Counted from the stretch's first letter, positions 29,075-40,977 are shown. The stretch: 64,000 nucleotides of DNA from Eubacteriales bacterium (GCA_041653135.1 JBAZGB010000003.1:421-64420), one strand, 5' to 3'. Numbers and translations are program-made. Notes: a model not told the origin generated them from the sequence alone.

Positions 29075-29797
29075 ATGGGAGGTGGCATAGTGCTACCGGG
29101 CTTATGGACCTTGGCAGTTTTGTCGTTAGTAAATGGTCTTTTGCTGCTGGTATCGTACATTGCCAATAACACTTTTCCTCAGCCTCTTTCCGAGGAAGAG
29201 GAAAAAAAATGCCTGGTTCAACTTACCAAAGGAAGCGATGAAGCAAGGAATAAGCTCACTGAACATAACTTGAGGCTTGTAGCCCATATCGTAAAAAAAT
29301 ACGACAATACCGGTGAGGATTTAGACGATCTTATCTCGATTGGGACAATAGGATTGATTAAGGCGATCAACACGTTCAACCCTTTAAAGGGAACCCGTCT
29401 GGCAACCTATGCGGCGCGCTGCATCGACAATGAAATATTGATGCACTTAAGATTCATCAAAAAAACGCGCTCGGAAGTTTCGCTTTATGACCCTATAGGG
29501 CTGGATAAGGAAGGCAACGAGATTACTTTAATTGATGTACTTGGAACACACTCGGAAATCGTTGCTGAAACAGTGGAAAACCTTTTCGAGAAAAAAAGGC
29601 TGCTGGAAAAAATATGCAAGCTGAACAAAAGGGAAAAAAAAGTGCTTGAACTTCGCTTCGGCCTTGGAAGCGGCAGGCATGACACACAGCGTGAGATAGC
29701 CAAGAAACTTGGAATATCAAGATCGTATGTTTCCCGAATTGAAAAACGTGCGCTGAATAAATTGACAAAGGAGTTTAACGCCGAGGGCTGCCAGTAA
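29075..29797 (+). CDS. sigK: Sporulation sigma factor SigK (with pro-sequence, uninterrupted)
   Basis: Hydrophobic pro-peptide; [44 protein letters not shown]. The true start may be the GTG at MLPGLW. Confidence 0.95.
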   Translation: MGGGIVLPGLWTLAVLSLVNGLLLLVSYIANNTFPQPLSEEEEKKCLVQLTKGSDEARNKLTEHNLRLVAHIVKKYDNTGEDLDDLISIGTIGLIKAINTFNPLKGTRLATYAARCIDNEILMHLRFIKKTRSEVSLYDPIGLDKEGNEITLIDVLGTHSEIVAETVENLFEKKRLLEKICKLNKREKKVLELRFGLGSGRHDTQREIAKKLGISRSYVSRIEKRALNKLTKEFNAEGCQ

Positions 29798-29926
29798 GGC
29801 AGTCCTTTTAAATTTCATATTTCGCCGGTTTGAAGGATATATTCTCATTAAGCGGCGGAATGAAATCCGGGGCGCCGATTTAAAAAAGTAGTCCCTTGAT
29901 CTAATCGCGGCAGCGGGAAGCCTTTT

Positions 29927-31294
29927 TTACGGCACCTGAAAGCTGGTCTTTTTTTTTCTTTTTTCGTTTAAGCCGTTTGATGTCTCTCCGCCAATGGCGA
30001 CAGGAATAGTCTGCAGAATAATCTTTAAATCCAGTATTGGAGAATAGTGCCGTATGTAGTATAGGTCAAACCTTAATTTATCTTCCGCTGAAGTGGTATA
30101 CTTTCCAAAAATCTGGGCCATTCCTGTAAGACCGGGTTTTACAAGATAACGGTAATGGTAATCCGGCAACTCGTTGACAAATTGTTCAACAAAGAAAGAC
30201 CTTTCCGGTCTTGGCCCTACGATGCTCATATTTCCTTTAATAACATTAAACAGTTGGGGCAGTTCGTCCAGGCGGGTGGCTCTTAAAATTTTACCCGCGC
30301 GAGTTGTCCGGGGATCGTTTTCAGCGGACAAAACCGGGCCGGTATGTTTCTCGGCATCGTAAACCATAGTACGGAATTTGTACAGCAAAAACGGTCTCCC
30401 TTTTAAGCCTATTCGCTCCTGAATATAAAACACCGGCCCAGGAGAACTTAATGCAACAACAAAAGCGCAGGCGGCCAGAACCGGCATAAGGACAATCAGG
30501 CACGATAAAGCGAGAAATAAATCAGTCGTTCTTTTTGTTATTCCCTGTAAAAATGACAAATGTATATCCCGAACTTCTACAACAGGCAGGTCATTAAGCT
30601 GGAGCATGCTGCCATGGCTCAGCATGATATCATAGAGGTCAGGTACAACGTAAGCTTCGCGGCGTGATTCGAGACAGGTCTTTATTATGCTTGCCTTGTT
30701 CTCTCGGGGAAGCAGAGGCGAAACTAGAACTGCATCTACACTTTTCAACAGGGCAGGAAGGCTGTCGAGGTTCTCCAAAGAGAGTACCTTCCGCACTCTG
30801 AACCAACACCCCGGCGAGCCAATTAACTTTTCGAGGACTCCCGGCACTTCCAGATCATGTCCAATGACAAGCAGTTCTTGTCTTCCGTACAACCGTCTTT
30901 CAATATACCAGAATAAATACCTCCAGACGCAGATTATCAGTACCTGGATAATCATAGCCAGGATTAATACACTGCGCGGAAAGGCAAAACCGCGAAACCA
31001 AAAAGTAAGCGCCATGGTTACTATCATGACACCCACTATACCCGTAACAACACCCCTAAACACGGAGGAAGGCCCGTTTCGCCGGCCCTGATATAACCCT
31101 AGCCCTCCAAAAAGAGCCAGGGTTGCTATCCCAACCCAGGGAATAACCTGTATAAACGGCTGCCAGTTATACACCGGTACTTCAACCGGGAAACGAAAAG
31201 TAAAAGCAAGAAAATACCCCAGGAAAACAAGCAGCAAATCTCCGGCGGCCAGCAGATAAGGCAGTAAAGGTTTTAGTATTCGTAATTTAAACAT
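29927..31294 (-). CDS. Polyprenyl-phosphate sugar transferase (WcaJ/WsaP-like)
   Basis: Four N-terminal TMs; KFRTM, RLDELPQLFNV.KG.MS.VGPRPE, KPGLTGMAQ, DLYYI. Start placed at the ATG at 31294. Confidence 0.93.
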   Translation of the reverse strand: MFKLRILKPLLPYLLAAGDLLLVFLGYFLAFTFRFPVEVPVYNWQPFIQVIPWVGIATLALFGGLGLYQGRRNGPSSVFRGVVTGIVGVMIVTMALTFWFRGFAFPRSVLILAMIIQVLIICVWRYLFWYIERRLYGRQELLVIGHDLEVPGVLEKLIGSPGCWFRVRKVLSLENLDSLPALLKSVDAVLVSPLLPRENKASIIKTCLESRREAYVVPDLYDIMLSHGSMLQLNDLPVVEVRDIHLSFLQGITKRTTDLFLALSCLIVLMPVLAACAFVVALSSPGPVFYIQERIGLKGRPFLLYKFRTMVYDAEKHTGPVLSAENDPRTTRAGKILRATRLDELPQLFNVIKGNMSIVGPRPERSFFVEQFVNELPDYHYRYLVKPGLTGMAQIFGKYTTSAEDKLRFDLYYIRHYSPILDLKIILQTIPVAIGGETSNGLNEKRKKKTSFQVP

Positions 31295-31365
31295 ATTACA
31301 CCCAGAGTTAATCATAAACTCTTTTTCAGGCGGGATAAATATTCTTATAGTTCCCTACTCTTGCT

Positions 31366-31806
31366 TTATTTCTCAGCAAGGTCCTTTTTTCTAATGATCG
31401 GCCATGTCTTCTGCCCGCAGATTACTTTTTCGGGCTCATCAGCTTCCTCAAAGTAATTCGTCAGGGACCACCATGCTGATCTGGAAACACGTGTATCATC
31501 AGGCCACTTCAGGGTGATATAAGGCACATCTCCAATCAGATCTATCGGCCCGTCCGGAAGCTCAATATCCCTTCCATCGGTTAATAGAATTCTTATCGTA
31601 TCGTCCTCCGGCGCAATCTCAGCCACGACAAAAGGCGTTTCTTCAACCTCTACCGGCATGGATTCATTGCCCAGGCAGACCAGAAAACCGCCATTTTCAT
31701 CTTTTTGCAGATTATCCGCGAAAAGCATTGATATTTTGCGGTGTATTATAGGATTATAGTCAGCATACCAGGTTCCTTCCTTATCAATGCGCAGTATGGA
31801 TACCAT
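31366..31806 (-). CDS. DUF1285-like protein
   Basis: RIDKEGTWY...LFA..L......F.V......VEVEETPFV pattern. Start placed at the ATG at 31806. Confidence 0.55.
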   Translation of the reverse strand: MVSILRIDKEGTWYADYNPIIHRKISMLFADNLQKDENGGFLVCLGNESMPVEVEETPFVVAEIAPEDDTIRILLTDGRDIELPDGPIDLIGDVPYITLKWPDDTRVSRSAWWSLTNYFEEADEPEKVICGQKTWPIIRKKDLAEK

Positions 31807-31828
31807 TTTATCACCCGGTCCTTCTATA

Positions 31829-32956
31829 TTAAGAATTGTAAAGCAGTTTGTAATCCCGCACCATACGGGCAAGTGAGAAATCTCTTTTTGCCTTATGGTA
31901 CCCTGAAATGCCCAGTTGTTTGCGCAGTTCAGAGTCTCCCAACAATTTGATCATTTTTTCTAAAACCCGGCTTTTATCTCCGGGATCAACTAAAAATCCT
32001 GTTTCTCCGTCCACAACCAACTCCGGAACACCACCGGCAATACTAGCCAAAACCGGCAGTTTATTCAACATAGCCTCGATTATAGTCAGCGGCAGCCCTT
32101 CCCAGAGTGAAAACAGGCAGAACACATCAAAATCTCCCATTAAAGCGGCGGCGTCTTCCCTGCTTCCCAAAAGGAAAATACGTTTCTGCAAACGGTTTAT
32201 GTTTATATAGTCCTCACACTGCTTCCTCAATGACCCGTCTCCGATCAGGACAAAATATATGTTTGTGCTGCTGTCAACAGATAACAGCTCCGACGCCAAT
32301 TCCAGAAAATAAAGGGGGTTTTTTTGTGCGCTCAACCTGCAAACAGTCCCCACTAGAATATCATCGGCGCTCAAACCCAGTTCAGCTCTTAATGAACCCG
32401 GCTTCAAAAAGTCAACTCGGGGAACTCCATTATATATAACTGTCAGTTTGGAAGGAGCTATGCGTTTCTTAACACCCCAATCAAAATCCGCCTTTGATAC
32501 ACAGACCAGGTTTGTGCTTATAATTGCGGCCGCCTTTTCCGCCGCCGTATAAGAAAATTGTTTGAGCCTTCCTTGTTCCGGGGTAATTCCCCAACCGTGA
32601 ACAGTAAAAATTATTTTCTTTGTGCCGGCCAGAAAGGCCGCCGCCCTGCCAAGTATTCCCGCCTTCGAACTGTGGCAGTGGACTATGTCAAAACTGCCCT
32701 TTGCCATCAACCGGCTGAGCCTCCACAATGCGCTCAGATCATGCATTAAAGAAACGCTGCGTCGCAGTTGGGGAAGCTCGACAATTTTTACTGTGTCAAG
32801 CTCTTTTAACCATTTAACCAGTTCTCCGCCCGGACTGCAAGCCACTGTAATTTCAAAATTATCCTGAGAAAGACCGCTGATCAGATAAAAAAGCATCTTT
32901 TGCGCGCCGCCAAGTTCTGAAAGGGTGATAACATAAAGTATTTTGATCTTTTCCAA
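31829..32956 (-). CDS. Glycosyltransferase family 4
   Basis: GGAQ, HSSKAG, EGLPLTIIEAM, GVPELV motifs. Confidence 0.93.
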   Translation of the reverse strand: MEKIKILYVITLSELGGAQKMLFYLISGLSQDNFEITVACSPGGELVKWLKELDTVKIVELPQLRRSVSLMHDLSALWRLSRLMAKGSFDIVHCHSSKAGILGRAAAFLAGTKKIIFTVHGWGITPEQGRLKQFSYTAAEKAAAIISTNLVCVSKADFDWGVKKRIAPSKLTVIYNGVPRVDFLKPGSLRAELGLSADDILVGTVCRLSAQKNPLYFLELASELLSVDSSTNIYFVLIGDGSLRKQCEDYININRLQKRIFLLGSREDAAALMGDFDVFCLFSLWEGLPLTIIEAMLNKLPVLASIAGGVPELVVDGETGFLVDPGDKSRVLEKMIKLLGDSELRKQLGISGYHKAKRDFSLARMVRDYKLLYNS

Positions 32957-33139
32957 AAGTCCCGGCCTCCAAGACTCTCACGCCTTCCTTTAAAAACGGC
33001 ATGATTTTCACGATTACCTGTCAGGAGCCCTTAAGAAAAGCAAAATCGCACTTAAGGCATTGACCTACCTTTGTTGATTAAATTTCATCCTTATAGCCGG
33101 CGAGCTTTAAGCGGCATGGATGCCCTATTTTGCCGGTTT

Positions 33140-35668
33140 CTACGACTTTTCTATATTTACCTTGGGTCCTTCAGTCAGCGTTTTTAACTGTTGAAATGCT
33201 TGTTTGGAAGATTGATTTATCTTACTTGCTTTCTCCAGGAACTCGTTGGATTCCTGATCCTTCCCCTGTTTATCCTTAAGCAGGGCCAGCCAGATAAAAG
33301 CCGCACCCTGGGTTTGGCTGTCTGAAGCGGCCTTAAGCAAATATTTTTCAGCTTCCGGCAGGTTGCCGAGAAGCAGGTATGATTGACCCTCATACAGCTG
33401 TATACCCGGAGTAACAGACAACATGGGACCGTCTCTCCACAGCTTTTTTTCATCCGCGCTTAGGCCGGACAGCCGGCTTTTTATAAGCGAAGGCACTTTG
33501 AGGGTTTCTTGCATGTACGACCGGGCCGATTCTTTCTTGCCCTGGGAAAGTTCAGTTCTTGCATTAAGAGAACAAATCTTTACCAGATTTTCATACGCTG
33601 AAATGTCATACGGAGCAAGTTCTACCGCCTGTTTGGCATAGTTTACCGATTGTTTGAGTTCTCCTGCATACATGTACGCAGTAGACAGATCCTGTTTGCA
33701 GGAATAGCTGTAACGGCTTAATGAAGAGGCGCGGCGCGCCTCAACAAGGGCATTTTTATAATCACCCTCATTGAAATAAAAACTTGCCAGTCTTGAGCGG
33801 TATTCGGCGCTCAATGGATTCCTGACTGCGGCAAATTTCAAATACTGCAATGCTTTTTGTGTATTTTCGGTCTCTTTTATCGATTTGGAAAGATACATAT
33901 TGGCCGATGCAAGACTCATTCCCAACAAAAGAAATATTAAGCAAATAAGCGAAGAGATACTCAATATAACCGGGTTAGCGGGCTTCAAATTTCCTGATGA
34001 TGCAGCAGGCTGTTTCCCGGAATCTTTAGCTTTCCGGCGCTTCTTCTTTTTTCCTGCAGTAACTTTGGCTTCTTTATGCTCTCCATCCACCCGGCCGGAT
34101 GGCGTTGGCTGATGTTGAGCGGGTATCCTATCCGCCCCCGGTATCGATTCTAAAACCCGCAGACAGGCAAATAACGCCCATAAAACCATAGTTAAGGCGG
34201 ACAAGGAAAGATTAAAATCGATTAAGGCATGCCCCCCAACCACTACAGCGCCGGCAAGTATGGTAATAATCAGTGTCCGCCGGTTGCCTTCCGGTAATGA
34301 GTTCCGGTAAGTACGGCGCCCAAGCCAGAAAAACGCCGCCCAGATTCCCAGGACAACCAGCAACCCGATGATCCCCGTCTCGACAGCTACCTGAAAGTAG
34401 TAACTGTGCACTTCTGTGGAATTATAAAAGTAATGCTGGAAGGAATGGTAAGCCTCTTTCCAGCCGCCGCCTCCCCAACCGAGCAGGGGACGGACTTTGA
34501 TCATGTCGAGCGCATCCCGGACAAAGTGGAACCTTTCAAAAGCATTCCGCAAGTAGGTAAAAGAAACTATTTGCTTAATCAATCCCGGATGCAGAGCTGC
34601 GCTGACTGCCGCAGCCGCTATAATTATAATTCCTGTGCCTGCAGCAAGGACCCTGTTCGTCTTCAGACGGGATTTCAGCCATTCAAGCATGCCTTTGGCC
34701 AGCAAGAAGTTATATAAATACTGTAAAACAGCAAGGACAACCAACCCTGCGAAGAACCACAGCCATGCAAAACCCATCTTCTTTGCCTGGGCAAGGGCGA
34801 TAAATTTATAGATGACCGGGTAGGCTATAACACCGGAAACAATAACATTGATCAATACGGGCAGGCGTTTGGACCAGTTAAGCATCACAAGATAAAGTAT
34901 AAATATAACCGCTGCCGCCAGGAGCCCGCCGCGCGACTTGGCCCCAAAAAGAACAACCAGAAGAGTAAAATTAATTATGATGTACAGGTATCCAAAGGGC
35001 TTCATTTTTTGCAGCCATCCAGGCAATATTTGTTTAAGAAAACGATCATTGATTGTATCCGCTAATGCCATAGCGCCGTATCTTTGCCAGAAATACAAAC
35101 CCAGAAATAAGGCTACAGACAGATAACTGGAAAGGGCGTTCGGATATTGAAAAGACGAATAGATCCTGCCGTTTAAAAAACCATCCTTGATAGAAACCAG
35201 GCCGGTGGCGGTTGCCAGCCCCACCAGGGCTACGCCGAAAGCCGCCAGATAAACGGCGTTCAGTATCTGATGCAGGGATCTTTCATCTTTAATCAACTGT
35301 ACAATCAGCCAGTAAACTGAAAAGTAAAGAACATTTTTGATAAATTCGTCAAGCGCAAATCCATAGTTGGCCGCGTTGACCGCAGAAAGCAGGTAAACTA
35401 CTGGGAGGGCTGCAACTAAATAATCAAGCGGATTTGACAAAAAGGAATATTCCCTTTCCGCATATTTCCAAAGCCAGGCGAGCCAGACTAATACAGAAGC
35501 CATAATAAGGAATAACTGCTGATCTGTATTAAAAAACAGGCCTCTGAAAAAGGGCGTCAGAATAAGAATACCCGCCAATCCCCAAAAGGCAGTCTGGTGA
35601 GTCCATGGTTTGGGGATTACGGATACTGAATGAGTTTCACGTCCTGCCTTGAGCATAGCTTTTACCAT
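33140..35668 (-). CDS. O-antigen-ligase-family membrane protein with C-terminal TPRs (possible protein O-oligosaccharyltransferase)
   Basis: About 12 TMs; FQYPNA, SRGG, GWGGGGW...HSYYFQ..VETG..G Wzy_C motifs; TPR-like helical tail. Confidence 0.85.
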   Translation of the reverse strand: MVKAMLKAGRETHSVSVIPKPWTHQTAFWGLAGILILTPFFRGLFFNTDQQLFLIMASVLVWLAWLWKYAEREYSFLSNPLDYLVAALPVVYLLSAVNAANYGFALDEFIKNVLYFSVYWLIVQLIKDERSLHQILNAVYLAAFGVALVGLATATGLVSIKDGFLNGRIYSSFQYPNALSSYLSVALFLGLYFWQRYGAMALADTINDRFLKQILPGWLQKMKPFGYLYIIINFTLLVVLFGAKSRGGLLAAAVIFILYLVMLNWSKRLPVLINVIVSGVIAYPVIYKFIALAQAKKMGFAWLWFFAGLVVLAVLQYLYNFLLAKGMLEWLKSRLKTNRVLAAGTGIIIIAAAAVSAALHPGLIKQIVSFTYLRNAFERFHFVRDALDMIKVRPLLGWGGGGWKEAYHSFQHYFYNSTEVHSYYFQVAVETGIIGLLVVLGIWAAFFWLGRRTYRNSLPEGNRRTLIITILAGAVVVGGHALIDFNLSLSALTMVLWALFACLRVLESIPGADRIPAQHQPTPSGRVDGEHKEAKVTAGKKKKRRKAKDSGKQPAASSGNLKPANPVILSISSLICLIFLLLGMSLASANMYLSKSIKETENTQKALQYLKFAAVRNPLSAEYRSRLASFYFNEGDYKNALVEARRASSLSRYSYSCKQDLSTAYMYAGELKQSVNYAKQAVELAPYDISAYENLVKICSLNARTELSQGKKESARSYMQETLKVPSLIKSRLSGLSADEKKLWRDGPMLSVTPGIQLYEGQSYLLLGNLPEAEKYLLKAASDSQTQGAAFIWLALLKDKQGKDQESNEFLEKASKINQSSKQAFQQLKTLTEGPKVNIEKS

Positions 35669-35711
35669 CTACTACGATACTCCTTCGATAAATTTATTGA
35701 TTTATAAGGTT

Positions 35712-35740
35712 ATTTCTCCGGCGCCCGACGGGATTCCTGC
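35712..35740 (-). promoter_or_regulatory. SigH-like promoter
   Basis: GCAGGAAT ... GAGAAAT with plausible spacing, upstream of the ligase gene. Confidence 0.4.
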
Positions 35741-35791
35741 TGATAAAACATTTTTTTGATTTGCTATCCTGAAAATTAACTATCCGGGCAT

Positions 35792-35827
35792 AAAAAGGGG
35801 CCCTATATCTTATAAAGATAGGCCCTT
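35792..35827 (-). terminator. Intrinsic terminator
   Basis: Imperfect agggcc..atct/agat..ggccct stem followed by TTTTT. Confidence 0.65.
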
Positions 35828-35912
35828 GCATAAATTCCTTCGAAAACATGCGGAAATTGTAAGTACAAATTAAAAACGCAACCTGTTAGTTTAACAAAAA
35901 ACTCGATTTCAA

Positions 35913-37322
35913 TTACATTAAAACGTATTTTACAAACCAGTTTTTAGCCGCATATAGTTTCAAAACCATTTTAATTAAAGGAGATTTTAGTTCCTTTTGT
36001 AATCTCCTGTATTCCTCGCGTGAATTGATTAAATCCTGCTGAAGAAAACGGAGGGAATGCCCCAAATCCTCTTCGTTCCTTAGAGCTTCCTGCAAACTGT
36101 CGTTTAAGGCATCTATTTCCTCCTGCAACACAGCTTCTTTCTTGCCGGCGCCTTCCTTTGTACGTTCAAGTTTCTGGCGCAATTCAATTATTTCTGTCTG
36201 CAGCTCGGCTACTTTTGTTGTATGACGTTCTTTTAATTCAGCCAGCCGGGTTTTATACTCCCTTTCCTTCTCCTGGTACTGCTGCAGGCGTGCCTGTAAT
36301 GCCTCAATGTTTTCCTGAGCCTGAGCCAGCGCATCTTTATACTGATATTTCTCAGCTTCTTTTTCACGCGCTTTTTTTACCCAGAGCCGGCATTGGTACA
36401 AGATGCTGCTTGCTTTTGCTTCAAGGTTGTTTATATGCCCCCTGTATCTGAAAATTTCTTTCTTGCGCAGGTTAAGCAGCAGGTCTTTTTCCGCCATTTG
36501 AGTGACCATGTGTTCATGCCGGCCGATTTCTTCAGCCCTTAAAGCCAGCGCTGCAGCCGCTTCCTGATGCGCCAGGGCGATTTCATCCAATCTTTCTTTT
36601 AAAACAGATTCCCTCTTCTGCATTTGATCCCTGTATCGGGACCAGGATGCTTTTTGCCTGATTAAGACATTGATAAATTTTTTCATCAAGCTCTCATAAA
36701 CCATGCGTAAAGTTGGATTATAAGACCAGACGCCATCTGCAATTTTTTGAAAATAGGGGAATTTGTGGAGCACGTCTTCCACGTCTTTTAATCTTGTTTG
36801 ACGCCAGACAGATACAACTTCGAATATCTGCCGGGCTGACAGGCCGGCGGGATAAAGCTTCAATGACTTGATGACCATGTCTTTTAAAGAGTATAAAGCA
36901 GATTCGACTTCCCATTCCGTCAACCCCCAGTGACCGTTCTTCAGTTGAATGAAGCGGCCGTCGGAAATAAGACTGGTCTCCTCGGCAATGATTCTTTTGA
37001 AATTCTTATTCTCGTTTTTGCCGTTGCCTCCCCGCATAATTTCTTTTAAGTTCAGCGGCTGCTGCCTCTTTAAAAGAAGTGCGTAAAAGGCGTCATTTTC
37101 CCGCCTGCCTTCAAGATTCAAACGCCAGGAATTGTTTTGATCCCGAAAGAAACAAGAATGTTGGCGCAAGCACAGGATTATTTTATCTTCAGCTTTTGCC
37201 GGCTCATAATCCTGTATCATTTTTTGCTGAACATAAGGGGTTAACTCAGCCACGTTCAGGGTTTCGAAAAAAAACAGTGTTTTTTTAAGAACATCATTAA
37301 GAGAGTAAAGTTCCCCCGCCAT
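35913..37322 (-). CDS. Hypothetical protein: tandem winged-HTH-like repeats plus long coiled coil
   Basis: Three repeats ending F...(G)W.L (NNSWRL, GHWGL, GVWSY); C-terminal ~240 aa rich in E/K/Q/L heptads. Confidence 0.7.
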   Translation of the reverse strand: MAGELYSLNDVLKKTLFFFETLNVAELTPYVQQKMIQDYEPAKAEDKIILCLRQHSCFFRDQNNSWRLNLEGRRENDAFYALLLKRQQPLNLKEIMRGGNGKNENKNFKRIIAEETSLISDGRFIQLKNGHWGLTEWEVESALYSLKDMVIKSLKLYPAGLSARQIFEVVSVWRQTRLKDVEDVLHKFPYFQKIADGVWSYNPTLRMVYESLMKKFINVLIRQKASWSRYRDQMQKRESVLKERLDEIALAHQEAAAALALRAEEIGRHEHMVTQMAEKDLLLNLRKKEIFRYRGHINNLEAKASSILYQCRLWVKKAREKEAEKYQYKDALAQAQENIEALQARLQQYQEKEREYKTRLAELKERHTTKVAELQTEIIELRQKLERTKEGAGKKEAVLQEEIDALNDSLQEALRNEEDLGHSLRFLQQDLINSREEYRRLQKELKSPLIKMVLKLYAAKNWFVKYVLM

Positions 37323-37592
37323 ATATAAACCACCTTTCCAAAATCCTCTTCCAAATGAAATAATTTGATATAAAATAATTCAATTGGTAATTGCTACTTT
37401 CCTTTAAAACAACAGATAAATATTCCACTATTTACCTGCACAATCTGCAGAATAACGATCGCAATCTTTCTTATGTCCAAATATACGTCAATATAGTCGC
37501 TGCAAATAAAAAATCCAGCAGGATATTCTTTTCCGAAATATCCACACTGGATTTCCAGTATCAATGATTGAAAACTGTTATTTATATGTTCC

Positions 37593-39139
<1,547 letters not shown>

Positions 39140-39159
39140 GTTAACTAATCTTTTAATAA

Positions 39160-39522
39160 TTAAAAAGCCAGAGCTTCTTCCACATTAATTATTATTACAT
39201 GGTTGACGGCTCCCCGTTCAGCATATTCTTTTTTAAATTTATCATAAAGGGCGCCGGAAGTAACAATTTCAGCCTTGCCCCAGATGCGCCACCCTTTTCT
39301 TGTTGCAGGATCAAAAGCCGTGGCGGATATAAAAGGGTTCTCCTGCAAGTTTTTTACCGTGCGCGGTGACCTTAAGTTGACAAAAACCACGCGTTCGTCA
39401 TCAAGAAGACGCAGTGAGCCTTTCAGTGAAACATTCGGTATGCCGTTTTTATCGGCGGTCGCCACCAGAGCCGGTTTATAGTTTCCAATAGCTTTAATAA
39501 CTTCCTCTGACATTCTAGCCAT
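39160..39522 (-). CDS. Pyridoxamine 5'-phosphate oxidase-like FMN-binding protein
   Basis: VATADKNGIPNVSLKG, RTVKNLQENP, WRIWGKAEI. Confidence 0.85.
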   Translation of the reverse strand: MARMSEEVIKAIGNYKPALVATADKNGIPNVSLKGSLRLLDDERVVFVNLRSPRTVKNLQENPFISATAFDPATRKGWRIWGKAEIVTSGALYDKFKKEYAERGAVNHVIIINVEEALAF

Positions 39523-39756
39523 CCAAACTACACCTCCTTATCTAAGGATTTCGTAATACTATGAAAAAAGGATCTCCCCCCTTTAATAAATTAGCGGCCG
39601 GGCATCACCAAAGCCTGTCCGCTTAATATAAACTGGTCATTCTGATTTTTACAGGTTGTCTTTAAACGAATTCTTTTTTCCCCGGCGTCTTTTCGATAAC
39701 TTCTATAAGTATAAAGTCAGGCATTAAATAGTGTCAATGTGTAAATCCTTGAACGG

Positions 39757-40977
39757 TTAGTTCATGTATACCCTGCTCCGCCGGCGTTTCCTGCGTTTGG
39801 CGACACAATAGGCCTCCCGGGCAACGACGGTAAACAACAGGCCGGTTATTAGAAAAATCCCGCCTTTTCCCGGAAAACTTTGTACCGGCTGCATGACCAG
39901 GAGCTTAACCCTCCCAACTTCCTGCCCCTCTGATGTTAATACCAACTGCCCTACTTCCTGCCCGGCGGCCAAAGGCGCTTTAATTCCGCTGTACAATTCA
40001 ATGCTGCGCTTTATTTGTGTTTTCCGCCCGTTTAGTGAACAATAATAAAACGGGCTGCCGGTATAAACATCAACCCTTCCGATTCCGCGGCTTACGCCGA
40101 CGGTTGTAACTTTTTCCATCTTTCTGACCACTAAATCTGATACAAAGTTGTCGAAGCCATAATCCAAAATCAAACCAGCGTCTTCGTAGAGAACGCTTCC
40201 CTGATCATTCAGCAGAACAGTGATAAGTTCCCGTCCGTCCTTTTCGGCGGCAGCTACAAGACACTGCCCGGCTTCAGCCGTATAGCCTGTTTTTACACCT
40301 ATAGCCCCCTGGTACCGGCTCAGAAAGCGGTTATGGTTCCACAAATCCTCCTGCGGCGGCCCGATAGATCTATCTGCATCCGGCCTGCTGATCTTTTTTA
40401 CGCGGGTTCCCACTATTTCTCTAAAAACCGGGTTTTGCATCGCATAACGGGTGATCAGGGCAAGGTCATAGGCGGTTGTGTAATGTCCGGGATCTGTCAG
40501 GCCGTGAGGATTGATAAAATTACTATCCAGAGCGCCTACCGATCTCGCTTTTTTATTCATCAGATCTGCAAAACTCGCTATTGAACCGGACAAATGAACT
40601 GCGATACTATCAGCGGCGTCGTTTGCTGAAGCCATTATCAGCGCATAGAGGAGATCTTCAAGCGTCAATTCCTCACCTTCCTGAAGCCCTATCCTGGAAC
40701 CGTCAAGCAGGCAAGCCTCCCTCACAACAGTCACCTTGTCCGACAGGTTGCCCCTTTCCAGGGCTATAGCTGCAGTAAGGATTTTTGTAGTACTCGCGGG
40801 AAACATGTGCCTGCTCATATTTTTTTGGTAAAGAACCTGTCCGTTCCCGGCATCCATCAGGACAACCGCTTCGGCTTTTGTATCCGGCTCTTTTATGGCT
40901 GCGGCAGTCAACGGAAAAAAAACGATTCCTAAAATGGAAAGGCAAATTAAAAGAAGAAGCCGTGTCTTTCCTAACAT
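39757..40977 (-). CDS. D-alanyl-D-alanine carboxypeptidase (peptidase S11)
   Basis: PASTTK (SxxK), SAND (SxN), KTG motifs; C-terminal TM. Confidence 0.94.
   Translation of the reverse strand: MLGKTRLLLLICLSILGIVFFPLTAAAIKEPDTKAEAVVLMDAGNGQVLYQKNMSRHMFPASTTKILTAAIALERGNLSDKVTVVREACLLDGSRIGLQEGEELTLEDLLYALIMASANDAADSIAVHLSGSIASFADLMNKKARSVGALDSNFINPHGLTDPGHYTTAYDLALITRYAMQNPVFREIVGTRVKKISRPDADRSIGPPQEDLWNHNRFLSRYQGAIGVKTGYTAEAGQCLVAAAEKDGRELITVLLNDQGSVLYEDAGLILDYGFDNFVSDLVVRKMEKVTTVGVSRGIGRVDVYTGSPFYYCSLNGRKTQIKRSIELYSGIKAPLAAGQEVGQLVLTSEGQEVGRVKLLVMQPVQSFPGKGGIFLITGLLFTVVAREAYCVAKRRKRRRSRVYMN

Noticed and set aside
29075-29797. skin-like element in sigK
   Set aside because: The ORF is continuous and full length.
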